Assembly (NCBI GenBank): GCA_051942245.1
Contig: JAVECL010000044.1
Coordinates: forward strand, 57,939 to 77,938
DNA length: 20,000 nucleotides
Direction: 5' to 3'
Source: Trypethelium eluteriae
Lineage: Eukaryota
Positions 11,444 to 20,000 of this stretch are shown here, piece by piece. A program made the position numbers and the translations under genes. The notes beneath the pieces are model-generated. The model searched no databases. It was not told the origin of the DNA and saw nothing but the letters and a program-made list of their open reading frames with translations. Numbering within the stretch: the stretch's first letter is position 1; every line of letters starts with the position of its first letter.

Positions 11444-14255
11444 ATGAGCTGCTCGTCCGAATCCGAAGGCGAGATTATCGAGGCGAAGGCAACTACGGCA
11501 CAACACCACACCCATGGCAACAGCATTAACACACCTATTAGAACTCCATCCGCCTCGAAGTCGCCGATTCTGACACTGGATGGGGCCTACGACCGTGATC
11601 GCTCCAGATCTCCCCGTTGGAGCGCGTCACCTCGGGGCGAAAAGCGCCGCCATGATGACGACCGTGCTTCCTCTCACCGTTATTACGATCGAGATGACGA
11701 TAGATACTCATATCGGGACTTGCCCAGGCGTTACCGTCACGATTCCCACGGCAGCGATGAGTTCGGTAGGGACGATAGCCGCCGTAATACTTACGAAGGT
11801 CCTGCTCGAACTTCGAACCGCCGTAATGACTATGGAGGCTCGCGTCGTGACCACCGCGGCTACAACGATCGCCGACAGGGAGGACGTACTCGTCGCCGAG
11901 AATACTATGATTACGACTGTCCGGACAATAATGGCTTTACCAACCATCGCGAATATGACGACAGGCGATACCGCTCTGAGAGCCGCTCTCGAAGTCGCTC
12001 TCCAAAGCGTTCTAGAACGGAGAATTATCGTGATCGTAATGACAAACATGCTCATAGGGAACGACGTCTACCGCATCAGGAGCGCTCGCATGAGGTTCAT
12101 GAAGGTAGCAATCATGACAAGCGTCAAGCAAAGGCACCGGTGAGCGATCGGGGAGTTGTCCCCAATAAATCTCGTCAATCTGAGTTCCAAGCTGAGCGAT
12201 TTCTTCAAACTTCCTCCCAGGTCTCCCAGCTGCAGCCAAAGCTTACCAAAGACGGAGGGTCAGTCTCAGTAACCATTTTTCAACCAACGTCAAATATTAA
12301 TAGCGCGTCTAGGTCTGGCGCTCTCAACCTCGAGCGAACCCTTCCAAGCACAGCTGAGAAGGACAGAGTTGACAAACCCACGGCTGAAGTGGAGGAAACC
12401 CATCTAGCAAATCCTGAGCCTGTTGATGAGGATACCCTCATTGAGCAGCGCCGTAGGGAACGTCGTCGGAGAGTTGAAGAAATCAAAGCGAGACATGCTG
12501 CGCAAACCGCATCGCCCATGCAGGAGTCACAGGTAATTACTCAGTCTGCAGCTGACACGCCTCAGACGGAAGGCGGAACCCCTCAGACAAGAGGCCTTAG
12601 TGACAATGGAGGTTCGGGCACTCCATCGGTAGTAGCCGGAAACACAGGTGCCGATGAAACAAGTCAGTTTTTTCTTTTCTTTTTTTGTCTTTTGACTTCT
12701 AAACATCCTTGGGAATCTAACTGCCACAGCTTCATCCGACGGCTTGCCAAAGACTCCGGCCGGTAGTTCCGAGGTAGGATTTCGGGCTGAGATTGCCATC
12801 CAGACTGCCGAAGAGCTCGCCAACCTCGACAACGCAATTGTTGAAACCGCTGGTGAAGATGAGCCATCTGCTGTCGATTACAACCCCACTGCAGATATGC
12901 AAGCAGACAAGATGCGAGAGTTGGAACGCCGTGGAGAAGACATGTCCGCTCAAGACTACAAAGAAAGCGAAGCGGACACCAAGCAAATGCTTGTGTCTCA
13001 AGGTAGTACCAAGGAACCCCTTTCAGATCACAAGCCGCAGCAGTCTGTGAAAGATATTGACATGTTCGCTGAAGACGACGATATGTTTGCGTCTGAGAGC
13101 GATATTCAGACTAAACCAGGCGTGACTCAAGCCCCTAAGGTGTTGAATGCAAACATGCTCGACGATTGGGATACTCCTGATGGCTACTACAAGGTCATTC
13201 TGGGGGAGTTACTCGACAATCGGTACCACGTCACGGCAAAACTCGGTTCGGGAGTGTTCTCTGGGGTGATCCGAGCCTGGGACACTAAAGTGGAAAACAA
13301 AGAAGTAGCAATCAAAATCATTCGCAACAATGAGTCGATGAAGAAAGCGGCTTTTACAGAGCTGAATGTTTTGAACCGTCTCAGAGAGCAAGATCCGCAA
13401 GATCGTAGGCATGTCGTCCGCTTGGAACGCTCGTTCAACCACAAAGGTCACTTGTGCATGGTGTTTGAGAGCTTAGATGTGGATCTACGTTCTGCTCTAA
13501 AGATACATGGCAAACAGTCTGGCCTTAGCATTGAGGCAATCCGTCATTTCGGCCGCCAAATGTTCCTTGCCTTACTGTTATTCAAGCAAACCGACATTCT
13601 TCACGCTGACCTCAAGCCGGACAATATCCTCCTTCGCGATGCTTCCAAGATTATCAAAATTTGCGACCTCGGCTCCGCAGTCGACATCTCAGATGTATAC
13701 GCCAATGAGCCCCGCCCCTACCTGGCCAGTCGCTTTTACCGCGCCCCGGAACTCATCCTCGGCATGAAATATGACTTCGCCATCGACATGTGGTCCATCG
13801 GGTGCACTCTTTTCGAACTTTTCACATGCCGTATCCTATTCAGTGGACGCCACAACAACGCCATGCTCCGGTCTATGATGGAGTGTCGCGGCCGGTTCCC
13901 CCAAAAGCTACTCAAGCGCGCGAGCGAAGCCCACTACGCCAACAACGGAATCGTCGAATTCCCTTTCAATGACATGCTCGACCAGTTCTACAGCCGTGAA
14001 GAAGAGAAGTTGACGGGTCGTGAGCTGGGCAAGTGGATCCCAGTGACGCGGTTGGCAGAGCGCGGAAGGGATCTCAAGAGTCGCATCTTTGCGGTGGTGG
14101 ATGTGAAAAGGCTCAAACCGTCCGAACACAAAGAGTTGGAGCTATTGCACGACCTGCTGGATAAGTGTCTCCAGCTCAATCCAGACAAACGCCTCACGCC
14201 AGATCAGGCGCTGCAGCACGCATTCCTCAAGAACCATACGATAAGTAAGAGGTGA
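11444..14255 (+). CDS. PRP4: Serine/threonine-protein kinase PRP4 (CMGC group, pre-mRNA splicing), about 896 aa; exons 11444-12258, 12313-12662, 12730-14255
   Basis: RS/RD-rich N-terminus, DDWDTPDGYY, LGSGVFSGV, VAIKIIRNNE, HADLKPDNIL, ICDLGSA, PYLASRFYRAPE. Intron 12663-12729 (GTCAGT..CTAAC..CAG) links the two ORFs. Intron 12259-12312 is probable but in frame. This is the kinase, not the WD40 Prp4 of S. cerevisiae. Confidence 0.94.
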
Positions 14256-16370
14256 AGGCCCGAGAGGTATGAAGAAGGAACGCTAGACTGAAAATCAGGT
14301 TTTACCTTTCCACCCCGGAAAATGATGAGAGATCGCCGATCTCTTGGCCAGTACCTGAGAAAGTGAGGATAGTGGTATGCGCAAGCTGCGGGTAGCAGCG
14401 AAAAGCAATGGATACGAATAACAAAAAGGCACCCCCCTTTACCCCGATGATAGGAGAAACTCGATTGCGCTTAGCCTAACCACGGTCACAAAGACAGAAG
14501 CGACACAAAAGCAGAGAATACATGCCCACTAGCTATCTGACCCTCTTCCCCCCTTTATGAATTATTTGTGAAGAAGCGATACATATCGGAAGATACCGTG
14601 ATGCACGAGCTTCTTCTTTCCCCATGCGGTTTCCCACGAACCGTGATAACACATGCGAGTTATTCCGTGGGTGTCTGTCAGTACTGCTTTTACCCTCTTC
14701 CCCTGATGTTGTCTTTTTTTATGGGCGAATGCACATGATGGAAGCGGTCGGAGTCGACAATGGTCTCGGATGGCGATTAACCTGCGCTGGCATTGACATT
14801 GACGGGGAGACTGGCATCGACACCGACATTAGACACTCTTTAGAGCTACACACAGCGATTGCGCTTATCTGCCGCTGCTGCTTTGTACTGTAGTAATGAG
14901 ACTAGATGCAGCAAAAGGCACACAGCTGCTCATCTTCTAAACACTAGAACGGCACATGTTTTGCATGAAGACCTCCGATTTCCCGCGGAGTCCATATGCG
15001 TAAACTCGTCACCTAAGTCGATGGAGTGTGCAGAAGAGAAGTCTTGGTCCTGCGTACATAAACTCCTATTATTTTGTCTCTGATAGTGGCTGCCACTAAG
15101 CATTACAAAGGTAAGTATTCACTGTGGAACGTTCGATGCGGCATTCCTGCCAGAGCCCAACAAGAAAAGACGACCGGGGGACCTATGCTTCAGGAGATAG
15201 ATAAGTTTTGAGCGGGCCAACATGAATACATTCGATAGGATACGTGCTAATAGTCTCACAGAGGTAATCGCTGCCACGCCCCGGACGACCTTAACTTACG
15301 ATACGCAATTCTTGCTTGCTTACGTCATTGCAGAAATCGTCCCGAGACGCGTGATAGAGAAGAGCACGAATTTTGGAGACTTTGGATATTGTTGGCCTGG
15401 GTTTTCTGATTGATATCAAAATAGAGCCAGATAGGCATGCCAGAATTTTCCAGGTGCTCAGTCCGACCAGGAGGGAATCATTGGCGAAGAGGCTCCTTGC
15501 CATCTTATGCTCTGCAGTTCCAAGCTATGTAAGCCCACGCCTTGAAGAATCCCCGCCATCATCTGTGCACTAAATAGGTCGGCATTGATGAACATCAACA
15601 CCTCATATAGGATCCACGCATACTGTGAGACTCTTGTGCTCAGGACGTTGCACGGTAATGCGCCGAAGGTTCAATCAGGCGAGGTGAAGTGAGGTTCAAA
15701 CCTCCAGCATGATGAGTATCCCTTCACCCGACGGACGCACGAGCCTTTTGGATGTGATTCCCCCAATGGCCTTTGCATACAAAAACCCGAACTTGCAAAG
15801 CAGGCTGGGGCTTCGAGCGAACGGACAGGTGGCTACAGCTGATCATGTAATATTTGGGAACAGAGTAAATTCGTGAGTTAGACTCAGCCTATCGAAATTT
15901 TCAAATCGTTTCATATGCGTCCCGACGTTCTCTTACCCCCTACGAACTTTCTGCCTTGCTCTCCAACTCATGTATGCTGCTGCATCAGGCAATCCATACT
16001 GGGCTGGGTAATCCAGTGGCACAGACTTTTAGTCGTATTGATTTCTTCCACCCCGAAATGTGACGCCACATTGCAGTCGAGTCTCGGATGTGGATGCTTA
16101 TATGAGCTTAGTAAGGTTAAAAAAGGTATTCAGATACTGTAATCTTTCACTATTATCACCTTCGACTTGATTTTTCGCGCCTCCCTGCAGCTAGTTGCGG
16201 AATTTCTTGTAGTCTTATTACAAAAGACACTTTAGCAGATGAAGGATTCGCATGGCTCGTCAAAGTAGTAGCAGACGTCACCGTCAAGACGCCACAAGAC
16301 AAGGCCCAGATCTCATCTATCACTTTGCCCTTCTTTTCTTTTTTCCTTCCCCCATGAGCCCCTCGGAAGA

Positions 16371-17780
16371 CCGACCGCGTTCCCCACCGCTCCCTCCCTT
16401 ACCTCCCGCAAACCTAAATCAACTCGGCACACGCGAGAACCGTTATTAACTGACGGGCAACCGGACGGACAGGGAGCGCGCCACAAGCATCCCAACCCTA
16501 TCCCAAACCAGTTCCTTCTCCCCTCGTGTCCCTACGTGCGCATCCAGGCCTATCCAGGCACCGTTCTAGATTCCGCCATCGCCCACGCTTCAGTGCGCTG
16601 CACATTCCCATCTCCTGATGGATCGGCGCCGTTGTCTGTCGTCTTCCCCCCGTGGTCGTACGGATGAACAAGCCGAACCCTTTTTTTTTTTTTTTTTTTT
16701 TTTTCATTTATTAAGCTTCGACTTTGGCAGGGCAGTACCCAGCGGCGACTACAGGACGCCCGCGTGCGCTTCGGATGACGCGCTCTGTCCCGGTCAGCAT
16801 TGCTGCTGCGGCGGCGGCCATTGAACTTAGGTTGTTGCTTGACGTAGAGCGGTGTCCAGGTCCTTGATAAGCTAGCAGTGGTATCACCACCACGAACCGG
16901 CGTCACACAGGCGTCACGCATCTCGTAACGACAGTGTATCCCCCCACCTTCTTCTCCCCCACATTTGTCCCAGGTCAAGGATCCAGACAGACAGACGTGG
17001 TGAAGCCAGTGGACGGGATGTAGGCCAGGGTGCCACGAGACACGATCCGAGAAGATCGCACACTCCGTCATATCAGACTGCTCTGTGGTACGGTGACGGA
17101 GCGGCAATCGTCACACGGAGTCGCACGGAGCGCGCGCGTCCCTATTCGTTTGGATTCTTGCATGGCATGTGGCAGGATCGAAGAGTGAGTCGAGCGCTCG
17201 CGTTGGTCGTGGAGAGAGGGATGGGGCCTAAGCTTAGGGTTCGATGATCCACGTGAAAGCTTCAGGCCCTGCTCCGATGTATGCGCGGCCATGTGTGGTA
17301 CGGTCGGCCGGTGGTCCGGCTTGCTGCTAGGGTGAAGAATTTTAAAGAGAGTTTAGATGCGTGGGACGGGCAGCCGGGTGGCTGTTACCTGGAGAAGCTC
17401 CAGGTTGCTATCATGTCGGAAGCCGTTTGTGACTGACAGATGGGTGGAGATACAGAAGCGGTCCCACAGGCATTAGAGTCGATGGCAGTGGTGTGGTTGG
17501 TGGAAGGTCTTTCTCTTGGTAGGTTGAGGGGATTGTAAGGTTTCGCATAAGGAGAGAAGTTGAAAGCGATGAGTGCAACGAGGCTTCCGCCTTGAAAAAT
17601 GGTTGATACGGAAGAAAGCAAGGGATTAGTAGAAAAAACTTTTGCCTACCTATGTCCCACGGATATTAACCTTTCCACGAGACTCTATTGCTCGGTGTGG
17701 TTTTCTACCATCAGCACTCCCGTCTGAGCAACACTTTCTACAATTTGCTTCGGCGTATTCGGGTTCTTCACCAATAGCAG
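16371..17780 (+). ncRNA. Candidate large structured ncRNA, possibly telomerase RNA (true ends unknown)
   Basis: Manual pairing gives nested helices: 16371-16377/17301-17307, 16388-16395/16471-16478, 16674-16681/17236-17243, 17224-17235/17257-17269, 16976-16988/17148-17160, 17063-17070/17094-17101, 17324-17342/17761-17780. Degenerate CCCTAA tract at 16491-16507. No credible ORF. Confidence 0.45.
16681..16704 (+). repeat. Poly(T)24 homopolymer
   Basis: 24 consecutive T residues. Confidence 0.98.
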
Positions 17781-19160
17781 ACATGCACTGTAAGATCATC
17801 CGTCTGGAGTGTGTCGTAAATCGCACAACACCCCGAACAACGATCTGCAACAATCAATGCTACCCATCATAGAGCGAGCAATCGCCTGTAGTGCCGCCGT
17901 TCAGCACCATCCTCACGGACTCCATGTATCCAGACTGGTGCGCTTAATTCCCCTCACAGCATATCGGATCGGGATCAGCTCATCGCCCCTGCATCTGCAA
18001 CGAGACATGACAGAAGCATGCTACCACGGCGTGGCGAAGCACGCAGCGACATTTAGGACCGATCGCGTGTGTGCACCCGAACTGTAATAGCACAGAATCT
18101 CAGCCCTAGGACGACTAGATTAGGAGCGTCGCAGATCGGAGTAACAGGCGGATACATATGTGGGTTGGACATAGTCCCGAAGGTTAGAGTCTGTAGACGA
18201 TGGCTGCCTGGAGTACTGGAATGAGAAAAGGTGTATGCATGTATCTCATGGTCCGTTTATCGGGAGAGGTGGTGCCAGTAGTGTGGGACTTCATCACGAG
18301 AAGGCGTGGGTTAGCAAGGGATGACAAGAGACTGCATGTGGATGCAGTGCCTCCAGATCCGCGGCTAAGAGAAGGTTAGTGAGTGCAGCTGTCTACCCCA
18401 ATCCACCCATTCAATGCTGTTCCGCATGCTCTTTGAGTTTTCGCCACCCTCAGGCTGCAAACCTACCGGCAGCATGGAGAATTGCTTGCGTGATATCAAT
18501 ATACGTAGCCGCACGCTGAACAGGCATTCTGCGAGTCGCATATCATTTGGAGCTGACTGATAGATTGTCGGAGCACCTGAGGGTATGAGCTTCCTCATCC
18601 ATCAGCTATCACGGGCAACTCTGGGTTCCGCAAACCTAAACGCCTGGACTCATATATCCAAGATTGTCATGAGGTTCACACTGTCGATGCGTGGGATCGA
18701 GATCTGTCTCAGCCAGGCAACAACAATACGACGAGCTCATTGGCCTCCAACGCCATCGTCATCTATATCGTCTGGGCGTCGCACCGTAGATTTAGGTAGT
18801 TAATCTAAGCCAACATCCACCAACGTCGCTTGTACCCGCCCGTGATGTCAGTCCGTAGACTACTCAGGCGTAAGGTGCGTCTAGGTAGGCACGGTAGGGT
18901 AAGGAAGAGAGGGGCGGAACCGCGCGGCACGAGTTGACCATCGAAACGTTCCAAAACATTGCGGTGATTGACTTCTCGAACAAAGCAATCTACTTCCTGC
19001 AGACAGCTGACAGCTGGCGTGGCCCGGCGGCGAACCGCTCGGGCTCGGTGGATTCTACGAGTCGTCGTCACGATCGATCATGGCCCCGGCGCAGGGATGT
19101 CAATCATTGACGGTCAGGCTGCCGATGGACAACTGTGGAGTGGACACCAAGGTGGACTCG

Positions 19161-19175
19161 ACTGGACTGGACTGG
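19161..19175 (+). repeat. Short (ACTGG)3 microsatellite
   Basis: actggactggactgg, preceded by a degenerate copy. Confidence 0.7.
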
Positions 19176-20000
19176 ATCTATTCACGACTACCATACGTGT
19201 GATACGAGCATGACCGACAACTTCACATCAAGATGTCAGAGTGGATAGAGCAAGGACCATCTAAGCACCAAGCACCGAGGTATGGGGCGAGATCGGAGGT
19301 GCTTGCGGACTTGTTTACGGGGCATTTCTGTCCGGCCGTGATGTCGGATCAATGTCGGGCCTACAAAACATTGTGAGGAGGAGGACGAGGATTTCCATCT
19401 TCATGGGCAGACCCTCGTGGCCCTGCAAGTGCTGATGTGGCCATTTAGCCAGAATTGCCCAGCAGATCGCCGCTGAAACGGTCGCTGCTCATTACCTCTA
19501 TTAAGGGGGGGAGATATGAACACTGTGGGCAATATATTGGCTGATTCCGAATGCGTCACCGACTGATGGGGAAGAGGAGTCCGTTCTGGGAGTGAAGATC
19601 ACGTGTTTGAGGGAATTCTCATCAATGATTCACGATCCGACATGCTCGTCGAAGCTGCAATGATCGGCGCTCGGGGTGCTCCGCAGCCATTCAGGAGTCG
19701 AAACTTTTCTTTCCATGTCCTGAAGAAGCAGAGTGGGAACTGGGGGAGGCAGGCGTAAGCCCCGATCTCCTGCATCGCCTAGGCCTGCCTGGGCGCGGTG
19801 CAGTGGGTGCAAGTGCTTGCCAGGCAGAAACCCCCAAGCTTCGGCTTTCCACTACTTCCCATCGAAAACTGAGTTTTGCTGCACGTCCAGGGCGCAGCAG
19901 CGATGCTCAAGGTTGATCTCTCTTTCGTCACTGGTGTGAGGGAAGCGGCAAGACGGGACGATGTTTGCTCGGCCGTCTGATGACGCGCAAGGCTTGCCGC

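Noticed and set aside
11580..12143. Alternative-frame and antisense ORFs over the PRP4 N-terminus, and similar ORFs over other genes
   Set aside because: Shadow ORFs produced by low-complexity or GC-biased coding sequence.
14322..14358. ATGATGA...CTGA box C/D-like pair after PRP4
   Set aside because: Boxes are too close together for a snoRNA, no rRNA guide was recognised, and it lies in a probable 3' UTR.
15709..15842. ATGATGA...CTGA box C/D-like pair
   Set aside because: No terminal stem and no recognisable antisense guide.
16681..16712. Minus-strand AATAAA followed by A24, suggesting a retrocopy or LINE tail
   Set aside because: No target-site duplication, reverse transcriptase remnant or parent ORF was seen. 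The flanking CGAACCCT recurs inverted rather than as a direct repeat.
16498..17107. Minus-strand ORFs of 185 aa and 69 aa with poly-Lys
   Set aside because: Poly-Lys comes from the homopolymer; non-ATG or weak starts; no recognisable domain.
17234..17241. Minus-strand AACCCTAA as a telomerase template
   Set aside because: No boundary stem or U-rich pseudoknot follows on the - strand, and the longest G-U-containing helices favour the + strand. Not fully excluded.
19630..20000. Possible 3' end of a minus-strand gene entering from the right edge
   Set aside because: The 19630-19812 frame has a stop just upstream, and another open frame (73 aa) shows no recognisable protein features.

Overview
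Filamentous ascomycete (Pezizomycotina-type) genomic DNA with short spliceosomal introns carrying CTRAY-like branch sites. Bases 1-14255 are gene-dense: the Gly/Tyr-rich 3' end of a probable Def1, a hypothetical membrane protein (-), DPM1 (-), a sulfite-oxidase-family molybdoenzyme lacking a cytochrome b5 domain and apparently using a GC-AG intron (+), DAP1/PGRMC-like heme protein (-), a Pro/Ser-rich hypothetical protein (+), TMA7 (-) and PRP4 kinase (+). The last ~5.7 kb has no convincing ORF. Within it, ~16370-17780 on the + strand can be folded by eye into nested long-range helices. Their order (enclosing helix, boundary stem, degenerate CCCTAA tract, U-rich H-type pseudoknot, enclosing helix, second long arm) matches the telomerase RNA core. 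This makes it a candidate unannotated telomerase RNA with an atypical template. That call is inference from manual base-pairing only; no CR4/5 three-way junction or 3'-processing signal was located.
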